From: Vezdaea acicularis
Taxonomy: Eukaryota
NCBI GenBank assembly: GCA_026025075.1
Contig: JAPEUI010000090.1
Coordinates: 1-64,000, forward strand
Reading direction: 5' to 3'
Length of the DNA stretch: 64,000 nucleotides
The notes under the pieces were generated by a model. That model did not search any database, was not told where the DNA came from, and worked only from the letters and a program-made list of their open reading frames with translations. How positions within the stretch are numbered: the stretch's first letter is position 1; each line of letters starts with the position of its first letter. The translations under genes and the position numbers were made by a program. Positions 23,623-35,208 of this stretch are shown piece after piece.

Positions 23623-26052
23623 CTATACCTTTATACCCCTCGCCACCCTAGCTCCCACAAACCCCTTTCTATTCCTGCCGGTCCTCCCCCTCCCCAGCCA
23701 ATTCAATTTCAACACCTTCGCAAGGCCCTCCATCATCTGCTGCGGCTCGTCCCCACTCTGCACGCTCGCCAGCACAGCCACACACTGCAGCATCCTCCCC
23801 ACCGTCTCCGTGACCCTCGTACTGTCCAGTCCAATGTCCATATGGCCATTATGACTAGCCGCGGCGGCTGCAGCCGCAGATGAGAACGAGCCAGGCGTAA
23901 GCAGTGTATCCGCGTGCGACGAGGACGAGGTGTTGGATAAGCCGCGGCTGCGGGATCCAAGACTAGCGTTAGAGTCATTCAGGAGCGTGCTGGACTGGCT
24001 GTTATAACTCGCGCTATTCGGCTCTAACCCGCCCGCCGTACCTGGACGTGAGAGATCCGGGCTAGGCTGGCCGTCGCTTGGAGCGATACCGTTGATGCTC
24101 TCAAGGCTAAGGCGGCTAAAGATTGTCTTCAGCGTGTCGTAGCGCGGGAGGATGACCGAATCGCGGTAGCTCATCAAAACGATCCTGCGCACGTCCAGGA
24201 CTTGGCCAACACTACCACCGCCAGCGCTATTATCAGGGCTCTCGCCCCAGAAGTCAGCAGCTTGGGCGGCGCTCATGATGGGGCCGGTACCGCGAAACTC
24301 AAGGTCAAGCGGTAGGAAGACAGCTTGTACATAGGGCAGAATTTTCGTGAAAACGTGCAGCCACATGTCGACGAGGTTCGGGATTAGTTGCTCATCACGG
24401 ATGTTGCGGAGGGTTTGCCCAAGGGAGGAAAAGCCTGTTGCGAGGAGGTCGCGGAGGTCGTCGGGCAGGAGAGTGGGCGTGCGCGTCTGGACGCAGCGCT
24501 GGATATGGGCTGTCACAAGCCGGTTGAGATCTTCGACGGGGATGATGATGTCTTCGTTCTCAAAGATGACCAGGAGCTTGGCCTTCAGGTAGGGCCAGGC
24601 GTCGTCGAGAGTCATGCCTGCAAGACCGAATCCTTGTAGAGCGCCGTTGGTCGAAACGTCGCTATAAATGCTGGGGCCTATCGTATACGTGGACATAGCG
24701 CTTGACATAGAGGGGCCGTAAAGTGTGGGTGTCGTCTGACTAGAGAATCCGGGCCAATCACCTCCTATTGATGCTTCATATTCTCGTAGACTGGGATCCA
24801 GACCAGCTCCAGCACCGCCTGCAGCTGCTGCATTGGCTTTCTCTTCCTTTTTCTTCTCACGTAATGCCCGTCCCCCATGTCGAAGATCGAGCCCGCTCAT
24901 TGACTTTGCAAAAGAAGTTGAGGCTGGACTAGGAGTAGATGACGCGAATGAGTAGAGTGATTGAGGGGCATTGGGATCTATAGGTTTCGAGTTTGAGGCC
25001 GCAGACGAGAGTGGTAAGTTGTGATGGTCGTCTTTGTCTTTGAGCTTGTGCTTTTGTCTGGAAAGAAAGTGGTGCTTATGTTTCTCCTTTTCAGTAGCGC
25101 CAGCCTTTTCAGTAATAGGAGTGAGGGTCGCAGTTGAAGAGTTCGTACTCTGATACATTGATGAAGCCCCTGAAGCAACGCCATCCGCGAGGCTGAGGGT
25201 TGAAGCACTTGTTAATCGTGGCAGAGGACCTGTGCCAAACGAGCTCATCTTGCTTGGTGAATAAAGGGGCTTGTCTTTTCTATCTTGATCCTTATCTTTC
25301 GATATTCCAACATGCTTTGGCTTCGAGAACAGCTTCATCTTTGACTTTTCCGACTTCGGCTTCACCTCCTTCTCCGGCAACGGAGGAACCTGCTCGGAAG
25401 ATGACAAGCTTGGTGATCCCATACCGCTCCTTGGAAATGCGACATTTGCTGCCGTTGTAGCCGCACTGGTACTGCCCCCAGGCAAACCATTTTGATAGTG
25501 TAGAGCCCCATGCATACTCGCCGCACCCATCCCCGCATTCGCAGCCGGGCCTGCTGGAGACCCATTTCTTCTACGACCGGTCGGGTAGGTGCCCTCTACG
25601 GGGCTAGGAATCGTCTGTGACCGCTTCCGCGCATGTTGCTGAGACTGATGTTGCATCGCTGCCTGAGCTGCAATCTGAGACGCAGAAAGGTTCGCCATGT
25701 TGGACGCTGCTGCTGAAGGTAGAGACGGCTCGAAGAAGCCTTGTGAATGCTGAGGGGCCTGATGATGTGCACTTGGTGGTATAGGAGATCTCGATCGATT
25801 TGATAGGTCACCTTGTGATTGGTTTATTGTAGGCCTCGAGAAGTTCTGCAGGCTGATCTGTCCTGGCGCATTTGGGCTAGGCCGTAGACCCCGCACAGGT
25901 TGTTGCTCAGCATGTAGTGAGGATCGTTTGGTTGCTGTGAGCTGTGAGGAGTTCGACGAGTCGCTGGATGGTGAATTTGAGCGTTGTCGTGGTGTCTGAG
26001 ACGGTGGCAGTGGAGAACGCGCCTCAGTGGCGTGACCTGCCGGACGATTCAT
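23623..26052 (-). CDS. HbrB-domain protein (TORC2 Bit61/PRR5-like)
   Basis: Disordered Ser-rich N-terminus; DAWPYLKAKLLVIFENE, ILPYVQAVFLPLDLEF, RMLQCVAVLASVQS, LKLNWLGRGRTGRNRKGFVG. Confidence 0.8.
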   Translation of the reverse strand: MNRPAGHATEARSPLPPSQTPRQRSNSPSSDSSNSSQLTATKRSSLHAEQQPVRGLRPSPNAPGQISLQNFSRPTINQSQGDLSNRSRSPIPPSAHHQAPQHSQGFFEPSLPSAAASNMANLSASQIAAQAAMQHQSQQHARKRSQTIPSPVEGTYPTGRRRNGSPAGPAANAGMGAASMHGALHYQNGLPGGSTSAATTAANVAFPRSGMGSPSLSSSEQVPPLPEKEVKPKSEKSKMKLFSKPKHVGISKDKDQDRKDKPLYSPSKMSSFGTGPLPRLTSASTLSLADGVASGASSMYQSTNSSTATLTPITEKAGATEKEKHKHHFLSRQKHKLKDKDDHHNLPLSSAASNSKPIDPNAPQSLYSFASSTPSPASTSFAKSMSGLDLRHGGRALREKKKEEKANAAAAGGAGAGLDPSLREYEASIGGDWPGFSSQTTPTLYGPSMSSAMSTYTIGPSIYSDVSTNGALQGFGLAGMTLDDAWPYLKAKLLVIFENEDIIIPVEDLNRLVTAHIQRCVQTRTPTLLPDDLRDLLATGFSSLGQTLRNIRDEQLIPNLVDMWLHVFTKILPYVQAVFLPLDLEFRGTGPIMSAAQAADFWGESPDNSAGGGSVGQVLDVRRIVLMSYRDSVILPRYDTLKTIFSRLSLESINGIAPSDGQPSPDLSRPGTAGGLEPNSASYNSQSSTLLNDSNASLGSRSRGLSNTSSSSHADTLLTPGSFSSAAAAAAASHNGHMDIGLDSTRVTETVGRMLQCVAVLASVQSGDEPQQMMEGLAKVLKLNWLGRGRTGRNRKGFVGARVARGIKV

Positions 26053-26325
26053 GACTTAAGGATATTCCTTAGCAAACAGGATCAAATTTTCCAAGAGCTG
26101 AGGTCAAACATGCCGAATTAGGGGATCAACGGGATAGGGGCCGGCGCGAAAGACGGCCGTCTTTGGAAGTAGTAGGAGGAATACAAGATGTCACGGCTTT
26201 GGAAGGGTGCAGTCTAGAGCTTGACGTCGGCAATCGGCGCCGCCAAAAGCTTATTTCTACATTAACTGCAGCCCCACCCTCCACACCCCACCATCTACAG
26301 CTTCGAGAGTTTCTCCGCCTACGCA

Positions 26326-26637
26326 ATGGCGTCCCCAACGCCCAAGGACACACAAAAGTTTGAGGCTGTGTATATTTCACCGCAAGGGTCTCACAACTTC
26401 GCCTACCCATTACCTGCCTCTTCAGCTACAATGTCGACAGAAGAAAAGACGGCATATCTCTCGACGCTTCGGTCGACCGTAGTATTAATGCAAGATGATA
26501 TCAACCACGTTCTGACTAAGAAAATGGAGGAAGACAAGGCATCAGAAGCTGACGGAGCTAAGAACGCTAAAGCTAAAGTTGTGGATGAGGGGAAGGAAGA
26601 AGAGAACTACGGTGAAGAAGTCATAGACGAGGACTGA
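26326..26637 (+). CDS. GON7: EKC/KEOPS complex subunit Gon7
   Basis: 103 aa; AVYISP...KTAYLSTLR...QDDINHVLTKKMEEDK...EEENYGEE pattern of fungal Gon7. Confidence 0.8.
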   Translation: MASPTPKDTQKFEAVYISPQGSHNFAYPLPASSATMSTEEKTAYLSTLRSTVVLMQDDINHVLTKKMEEDKASEADGAKNAKAKVVDEGKEEENYGEEVIDED

Positions 26638-26813
26638 TTTTAGATTGTTTTCTAGTAAAGGACCTATCAATTACGTATTTAGCCTATGGTCTAAGCTATA
26701 ATCTAGATGGTATCACTGGAACTGGCTGCGCTTCATGACTCTTTTATGAAACGCTCAGAACGCCCCCAGTATGGCTTCGCAAAAGCATCATGTCTTGGAA
26801 CAGCCTCTGGCAC

Positions 26814-29800
26814 TTATCTCCGGCCAGCTACAGCGCTTGAAGCTTGTTGCTTTTTATTGGCACATCCATAATGAACAACCGAGTTGTCTGGAAAGACACT
26901 GATAACACTTCGACCAAGCCTCTTGTGGCAGACGCCGCAGACCCTTTCCTCACCCACCGTCACCTTGCGATTTCGCCCAGCGTTCAGGTCTGGTGTCCCA
27001 TCACCTAGCAGAAGAGCAGCTTGTGAGTCAAACAGCTCGGTCTTGCGAAGGCCTGCGACAATACGGCCTTCATTCACAATCGATGTGGCCGCTTTTATGC
27101 GGCCTCTGAAGTATGACTCGAGTTCTTGTACAGGAAGTGTCTCGGGAATTAGTTTTAGTGTAGAGAAGGCAGGGAGTCGAGATCCATGACGAGATAGTAG
27201 TGACAGAGCAGGTGGTAAGTTTGGCTTTCGTGGTAGCTGTGGAGCTAGATAGAGTGATAGCAATGTATGGTATATTGAGGGAGGAGAATCGTCCTCGTTG
27301 AACGTTGAGCCACGACGAGACTGCATGGGCGACGATATTGGAGATTCTTCACTTTTGTAGACCAAGTTGCAATACCTGCAAGAAACAGTTAGTACTTGGT
27401 TGGGAGAAAAGAACACTACAACATACTCTTCCGCCTTCTCATGATCCTCCATGTTGAAAACATAAATCTCTAATGCCTGCTTGTGCTGTCCCATCTTGCT
27501 CAGAACTATGGCTCGAGGTTCGTAAAACTCGGGGGCTAGATCAAAACTGTCAGCACTTCGACACTGCCTACTTGCTTCGGAGAATCTTACCATCTCTTGG
27601 GAGCTGCCCGAATGCTTTTGCAAGAGAGTATTGCCGACTAGACCTAAGGAATGAGAGTAGAGAGTCTCTATACACGTTCCTTTCAGCTGAATTCTTGAAG
27701 GCTTCTGGACCCAGTCCATTTTCGCCAGTGTTCCGTTTCAGTCTATCTAAATAAAGATTCACCAACATGTTGTGAAAGTCAGGGGTAAGATCATTGAGGT
27801 CTTGTATAATGTGTTCAAGATATTTGACTGCCAGATTCTTGTCAATCGCCTTTAAGAAGTTAATGACTTTGTCGCGTGGTAGTGTCTCGGAGTTCTCAGT
27901 GTCTGCAAGGAAGACCTCCATTCCCAGGTCGGGGTCTTGTCGCAATGGCCACTCCGCAAACTCAAGGATGATATCGATGAGCTCAGGCGGTAGGTTCTGC
28001 AGGTAGCCGACAGTCCTCTCAGGGCCGCGAAGGTTGGGTGCAGTGTCATCTTCCTCTTTTGCCTGCCCAAAGGTTCTCAGGAGCTCGAGTGCCTCCCGAT
28101 GTAGTTTCTTACCGTAAAAGAAATCGACGAGATCGTTGTAACGGGCTTTCTCTAGAAGCTTTTCGTTGACCACATCAGGGTCGCAGAAGTTGGAAATACG
28201 GAACAGAGAGCCCGCTAGGGACGGACTTGCTATCATGTAGCATCTGAAGAGAGTCGTATCAATTAAATTTGCCGTCTCCCGCAGCTTTTGCTCTCTATCA
28301 TCGTCTGCTGCGGATGTGGGAGCTACAAGGATATTCTCGAAAGCCGGCTTTGTAGATCCATTTTGGCCACGAGAGTCCGCTTGTTTCGCAGGTTTCAATG
28401 TCCCGTCTGGATTGAGGTATCTTTGCATCCTCGTTCGAGCATCAACGAGGAAGCCTCGCAGTTCGAGAATAGCGTTTTTGAGATCCTTTTCACTGAAGTG
28501 TTTGTCTCGCAGATTCTCAGTGTGTTTATGTGTTTCAGTGCCTTCATCATTGCCATCTCTTTTTGAGGACATGATCGAAACAGCGTCAGATAATGTCTTG
28601 TTATGCCTTGACTTGGGCTTTGATGGCGTTAGGGCCGGTCCCTTCTTTGGCGATTGAGGTGGGGATTTAGGTTCTTCGTTTTCCTTTGTGCTAGCAGTAT
28701 CCAAGCCATCATGGGTCCCTCTATCTCCATCCACTATTGATAAATCCCCAGCGACAGCCTTTGGGTATAGCTTGATGACTCGTTCAGGGGGGGCAGAAAC
28801 TTCCGTGAAGATGTCTAGGGCATCTCGGTACTTTCGCATATCAAACAGGTCCTGCGCTTTGAGCATCTTGACCTCTCGAAGCCTCTCTTCTTTGCCTTCC
28901 AGCAGGGTGTCTTCGATAAGACTAATTAAACTGATAGCTTCGTCAAGGTGCCCACTATCCACAAGGGCGTCTATCTGTGAATCATATTGGAGAGCGCCCA
29001 TTCGCCATATAACCCTGTCGCTGGCAACGAGGAAGCCCTTTCCTGCATGAGCAAGACTGACATTAGGCTGCGGAACATGCAATTGAATGGCGTTCGGCAG
29101 CGAGATAGTCTGTAGCAAAGACAAAGTCTCCGGATTTCGAACCTCCAAGGCCCCCTTTGCAGGATTCTGCAACGCGAGTAAGAATGGATAGGAGTAGCCA
29201 ATTGAGTCTGGCGCCGTCGCCCACGGGACTTGGCGTTTTTCTAGAGCCTTTCCATCCTGGTCAATGAAGAGCGTGTTGATATCCTTGGCGAGAAGTATTT
29301 CGCCCTCCGTAAGTCGTGTGGCTAAACCCTTTGGGACCCAATTTGACATGCCCATATAGGACATCCCAGCACTTCCAACGCCCCCGAACTTTCCCCCTTC
29401 CTGCCCGGAAGCGCCACCTATGCTTCCGGGACCTGTTATATCGGCAATTTCCTGGCTATCGACGTTGACCAGAACATACCCAGAGTTCATACCACATATG
29501 ATCTTCGTGTCCGTAGCCCATGTCAGTGTCCGTGCCGGGGTTGGTAGAGTAATCTCAACGGTCTCAGGAGACAGCTCTGAGTCTTGCCATGACCAAAGTA
29601 TTAAGCGGCGCTTCACAGATACAGCTAATCTTGATTGTATAGAAGGCACTCCAGTAATGGAATCTTTGATAATGTTGGAAGTCACAGCGAATACATTCGC
29701 CCCTTTCGTCTTGACTAGCTGTTCTTGTAACGCATAGCTTTGCAGGTCGTGTATCGAGACATAGCCGTCGGAGAGGGATACTAGCAGATTCGCCTCCTTC

Positions 29801-30081
29801 ACAATGGCGAGTTGCTCAATTGTCCTTCTTGAGAACTTCTCGAGTTCTCGGAGCAGATCGACGGGCTTGACCTTGGGTTGTGAGCTCGACCCCTCTTCCG
29901 TACCACCTGCGCCATCCTCTGCCCCAGTATCTTCGTGGTAGTCGTTGACCCGGTATATACGTAGACTTCCTGTATTCAGACCAACGAGGAGCCGATTCCC
30001 ATAAGCTAGAATTGATTCGATCTTGGATTTGTCACGCTGCTTGAGCTCGACTATGGGTCGAGCTTGGAATGCCGAAAGCAT
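26814..30081 (-). CDS. VPS39: HOPS subunit Vps39/Vam6 (3 exons)
   Basis: N-terminal CNH domain (LLVGLNTGSLRIY), IDTTLFRCY, LVDFFYGKKLHREALELL, C-terminal CGVCHKRLG...VHYGC. Confidence 0.95.
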
Positions 30082-30340
30082 GGTGCTCCCGCATGCATTG
30101 ATATTGGGCCCCTCAAGATCTTTTTACACGATATAAAAGTTGGTTTAAGGAGCCGCTAGGCTAGCTACGAGGATCCGCGACTGTAACCCGCATTGTGGAT
30201 TGATCTGAGGCGCGAATGCAGCTCCGCGCGAAACGGTATTGATTGAAGTTGGAGCTTAATGCGGGATGACAGCGGCCGAGGTCCACAAGCGAGACCCGGT
30301 ATAAAAATTTCCAACTACAGCTTTGCTACAACCCCGAACA

Positions 30341-32014
30341 ATGGCGGGCACCACCGACAAGGTTGTTCCTCTACGCCATGGCAAAGCCAAAAGCGAGATT
30401 AAGGATGGTCAACTTACATCCAGGAAAAAGCCCGAGCCTATCGACCCCGCAGCCCGCGCCCGCGCCCTTGAAGCGCATCGCCAATACGGCAACGGCAAGA
30501 AAATCCCCCTCAAATCCATAAAGGACAAGAAACTACGGCACAATCTGCGCGCGCTCGAGACCAAATACCAAGACGCGGCGTTGAAGGCCAAAGATGCCGA
30601 GATCCTGCTCGAGCACACACCTGGCTTTCTTGAGCCGGAGTCCGCCCTTGAAAAGACGTACAAGGTCCGCCAGGAAGAGATACGGAAGAGTGTGGGGATT
30701 GAGACGGCTAAGAAGGGGTTTGAACTGAAGCTTGAGGAGTTGGGACCATACAATGTGGATTATACGCGGAATGGAAGGCATCTGCTCCTTGCAGGGCGGA
30801 AGGGGCATGTCGCGACGATGGATTGGCGCTCTGGAAAGCTGGGGTGCGAACTCCAGCTCAGAGAGACGGTCCGCGATGCAACCTGGTTGCACAACGAGAT
30901 GTACTTTGCAGTTGCGCAGAAGAAGTACGTCTACATCTACGATCATGCAGGGGTGGAGCTGCATTGTCTCAAGAAGCATATCGAAGTCACGCACATGGAG
31001 TTCCTGCCACATCACTTTTTGCTAGGCACGGTGGGGAACGCTGGGTATCTGAAGTATACGGATACAAGTACTGGCTTGACTGTGGCGGAGATCCCGACGA
31101 AACTTGGCTCTCCGACGGCCTTGACACAGAATCCGTACAACGCTGCGCTACACGTAGGTCACCAGAACGGTACCGTCACGCTGTGGTCTCCCTCCTCTAC
31201 CACTCCACTTGTCAAGATCCAGACCCATCGCGGACCTGTCCGTTCGCTCGCCATTGACCGCTCAGGTCATTACATGGTGTCAACCGGACAGGACCTAAGG
31301 ATGGCCGTGTGGGACATCCGGACGTTCAGGGAGGTGAACAACTACTTTCTGCGGCAACCAGGGAGTACATTAGACGTGAGCGACACAAGACTTGTAGCCG
31401 TTGGATGGGGTACGCAAGTTAGTGTATGGAGGGGGCTTTTCGATATGGCAAGGGGCGAGGAGTTGCACGAGAAGGCACAGAGTCCATATCTCGGCTGGGG
31501 AGGGGAGGGAAAGAAGATTGAGCGGGCAAGGTGGTGCCCATTCGAAGACGTGCTTGGAATCGGGCATGATAGAGGCTTCTCGAGTATCCTCGTACCTGGG
31601 GCTGGCGAGAGCAACTATGACGCTCTGGAGGTGAACCCATATGAGACGGTCAAGCAGCGGCAGGAAGGCGAAGTACGTGCGCTACTCAACAAGCTGAAGC
31701 CTGAAATGATCAGCCTCGATCCGAACTTCGTGGGAAAGGTGGACCTGGCGAGCGCAGAGCAGAGGAAGCTGGAGAAGGACCTGGACAGCAAGCCGGAAGA
31801 CCCATTGGAGAAGCTGAAGAATAGGGGAAGGGGGAGAAATAGTGCGCTGAGAAAGTATCTGAGGAAGAAGGGCGGGAAGAATATCATTGATGAAAATAGG
31901 ATGAGGGTCGAGGAGATGAGGAGAGATAAAGCGGAGAAAGCGAAGGCGAAGCGAAAAGGTGCGCAGGAGACATTGGGTCCAGCGCTGGGGAGGTTCATGA
32001 GGAAGGGTGTCTAG
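30341..32014 (+). CDS. UTP7: U3 snoRNA-associated protein 7 (WD40 + BING4CT)
   Basis: YTRNGRHLLLAGRKGHVA, FAVAQKKYVYIYD, CPFEDVLGIGH, LVPGAGESNYDALEVNPYET. Confidence 0.95.
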   Translation: MAGTTDKVVPLRHGKAKSEIKDGQLTSRKKPEPIDPAARARALEAHRQYGNGKKIPLKSIKDKKLRHNLRALETKYQDAALKAKDAEILLEHTPGFLEPESALEKTYKVRQEEIRKSVGIETAKKGFELKLEELGPYNVDYTRNGRHLLLAGRKGHVATMDWRSGKLGCELQLRETVRDATWLHNEMYFAVAQKKYVYIYDHAGVELHCLKKHIEVTHMEFLPHHFLLGTVGNAGYLKYTDTSTGLTVAEIPTKLGSPTALTQNPYNAALHVGHQNGTVTLWSPSSTTPLVKIQTHRGPVRSLAIDRSGHYMVSTGQDLRMAVWDIRTFREVNNYFLRQPGSTLDVSDTRLVAVGWGTQVSVWRGLFDMARGEELHEKAQSPYLGWGGEGKKIERARWCPFEDVLGIGHDRGFSSILVPGAGESNYDALEVNPYETVKQRQEGEVRALLNKLKPEMISLDPNFVGKVDLASAEQRKLEKDLDSKPEDPLEKLKNRGRGRNSALRKYLRKKGGKNIIDENRMRVEEMRRDKAEKAKAKRKGAQETLGPALGRFMRKGV

Positions 32015-33038
32015 GCATAGCATTAAGGCATTAGAGGCGTTGGCTTGGCGCACATGCTACATCAGCCAAATGTTTTGATTGAAGGATAGAATAGTGAGCG
32101 GCATGTCCATGCTGGTCAAAGAGGATTGCTAAAGGACTATCGATCATGCTGTCATCATAATAATCCTAGATGACTCTGTAGAGATTCTACTCAGAACATG
32201 CACCAGATCCCCAGATTTCGAAGCTTCCTTCAACTGTCTCTCAAGCAATTATATGAAAGTGGGGATAGCCTGCAAGTCGAGCTTTCAAGACCTGCGTGAC
32301 TCCATGAATCAGCTTTGGCTCCTAAGTAGAAGCTCATATAATCGTGTGCAGGAGATGGTGAGGTGTCAAATCAGACATCCAAGGAAGAATAGCGCTCATG
32401 GTATGCCAAATGGGTTCGATGGCTCGCGTGGAAACTGCGAATGTGGAACGTTTTTCATCATATTGACGACGGAGCATTCGGTAGACATTGATGAGACAAA
32501 AGGGACTTACCTAGTGCAGTTCCTCCATTCCATCAACATTCCAATGGCTTCGGCCGGTTGGGAATGGTTAGCCAGAAATTACTTGTCGAGCGTTCCAAAC
32601 CAGTCAAGGAGACCTACGCAAACTTCTCGCTGTTAGCGGTGGAGCCTAAAGGAAACTCGAGCGGCACGATGAGGGATAAGTATGCTGGTCAGACAAAGTG
32701 TACTGGCAAGTAGCAGGCCCCCCAGCATGTGAGAGGCCCGAAAGAAAATTTCTTCAAGGTCGACTCAGTTGGGAAAAGAAGACTTTTTTATGATTGTCAT
32801 CATGCCAGAGGAGAAGGAAGGGTATTATAGGAGAGAAATCTATTCAAGAGGAGCTTACCAGATGACTATGAAGCTTCAGAGGCCAGTGCGGATTGCTATT
32901 GGAGCTCAAGGGCACGCACGGAACTGTGCCTGCTGCTTGTTGTTGTGGGATTTGATAAATCACAATGGAGCCGAGAAATTTATGTCGTCAAACTGCCATC
33001 GTGAAGCTCTCGCGTGCCGGACTGGGTCTTGTGAGTTA

Positions 33039-33047
33039 TCACGTGAA
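33039..33047. promoter_or_regulatory. ATCACGTGA E-box (bHLH, Cbf1/SREBP-type) upstream of the PtaB-like gene
   Basis: ttATCACGTGAat just before a pyrimidine-rich, leader-like stretch; function inferred. Confidence 0.3.
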
Positions 33048-34045
33048 TAGTTACGCTAAGCCCTTATAGGTGCTATTAGCCAGCCTTCTGCGTTAAGGTT
33101 TTGCCTCATCAGGAGCTATTTTCGGCGTCAGAGGGAGCGTGCATAGGCCAAACCTTCACAGGCGACCGTTCGCTCGCCGCCGCTCCCCCTTCCTCCTCCC
33201 CCCCCCAGCCGCTTTTCTCGCTTTCGTCTGTGGTAGAACTGGCCACCAGCAGTTCGCCATACTCCGTAGTGCAGACAGAGGACGACGAAAGATCGCCGAA
33301 CTTCCCCAAGCACGCCCTCAGATTCGACCTTAGCCCCGCTGCTTCTTTCCCTTTCTTTGAGATACCCCTTGGTACACTCTACAATGGTCTACTCTGGGAG
33401 CGGACCAGTCTAATGCCTTTTGACATTCCCCACATACGCTGTCGTTTGGTCACGCTCGTTTTACCCCATCGCCGTTTTGTCGCATTCGGACTACGACGAA
33501 GATTCTGCTCAGTATAGGAGACTGCCGCAGCCACCACCATTGTCCTCGTCTTTATACGTATGTTCACCTATCACTGGCATTGACTACATTCACACGGCCC
33601 TGTCGTACTTTCAGAGATCGAGCCGGAAGCCCGCCGGCGAATGTAAAGAGGGCTTTTCCGTCGCGAATCATCCCCCGGAAGATACCGAGTCGCGACGTCC
33701 GCGCCTCCGTTCCAAAGTCAAATTCTACCCCGAAACCTCGTCCTCCGCCTATCTTGTTGCCAATTCGAATCATCAAAAGGTCAATTGTGCTAGGAGAGGT
33801 GTCTTCGCAAGAGTAGGTCGCTGCGGGGCCGGTGGGTCAGAGCGCCCGTGCCTGGGATAGGCCCACTCCTCGTGAGTGACCCAAGCCCACGGCCTTAGGC
33901 CTTGTTATATAAACGACCAAGCAAAAGCACAAGACTTTATTCGCAATCGACTCCACCGCATCTTTTACCGAGCTACTTAAAAACCCTTTCGACAAACTAC
34001 TATACTATCAAACCTTGGAGCCCTAAGGAACGGGCTGCCGAAATA

Positions 34046-35164
34046 ATGAGTATGGCTCAATCAAGCTTCGCACACCCAGCAGGACTGCAGCACCCTGGCG
34101 TAATGCCTGGTCATCCTATGGGCCCTAGCCACCCTCAAGGTACTGGCCAACCGGGAGGTCAACAACAGATAGGGATGCCTCAACAAATGCACGCCGGAGT
34201 TTCAGGACCTGGAGGGCCTCAGGTCACCCAAGGAGGGGCGTCTATGGGTGGATTTCCACCTGGTTCTGGAGGGCCAGGCGGTCCGAGTGCTCATGCAATG
34301 CAACACCTTGGATCGGGCCAGGCTCAATTTCTGCATCATCAGCAGCAGCAAGCACAGCTGCAAGCCCAATGTGAGTGTAAATCTTATAGTCTGTGAGAAT
34401 AAGTTCCTGCCATCATTTCAAATTTGGGTCTCGCCAGACTTCTATATGCGCGATACTTCTAATTGTAGCTGGTCCCCTTGCTCCTTCCTTTATGACTCGC
34501 AAAGGTTATGTCTTTTCAGCCACTTGAATCAATGAATATTGCCCAGGCACCTGAGCTAAACCCGACGTTTCTTTATATTATGTTAAAGCCAAAGCAAATT
34601 CTTTGAGCTTATTGGCATTCCTTGCTTGCTATCAGATCTCCCATCAATTTGGTTAATGAAAGTTATGTGGCGATGGCGGGCCAGCATTTGCCGCAGCATA
34701 TAATCGCGAGTCTTGCTACTGGTCAATCTACTTTTACTGACGGTTGGCTTGTACACGTAGACGCCAACAACCCCCAACTTCTTCAGCAACATCAGCAGCA
34801 ACACTCACGGATGTTAAATCAGCAGCGACAGATAATGCAGCAACAACAAGCAGCACAGCAACAGGCAAATCAAGGTATGCCTGTTGGCACATTACCCAAT
34901 GGAGTAAATACCGGAATGAACCCTGGAATCAACCCCGCTCAAATTGCCGCATTGCAGAGTAGGATTGGTAGTATGGCCCCTGGTGTGACTCTCCCTCCCC
35001 ATCTGCAGCAGCAACAACAACAAATAGCGGCAGCGGCCCAAAACGCTCAGAATCAACAACAACAGCAGCAAGCTCAACAAGCTCAACAACAGCAACAGCA
35101 GGCTCAGCAGCAGCATCAGCAGCAGGCTCAGCAACAGCAGGCTCAACAGCATCAACAACAACAA

Positions 35165-35208
<44 letters not shown>

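Noticed and set aside
32015..34045. Short ORFs in the 2-kb region upstream of the PtaB-like gene
   Set aside because: No motifs or coding-like pattern; best explained as promoter plus a long 5' leader
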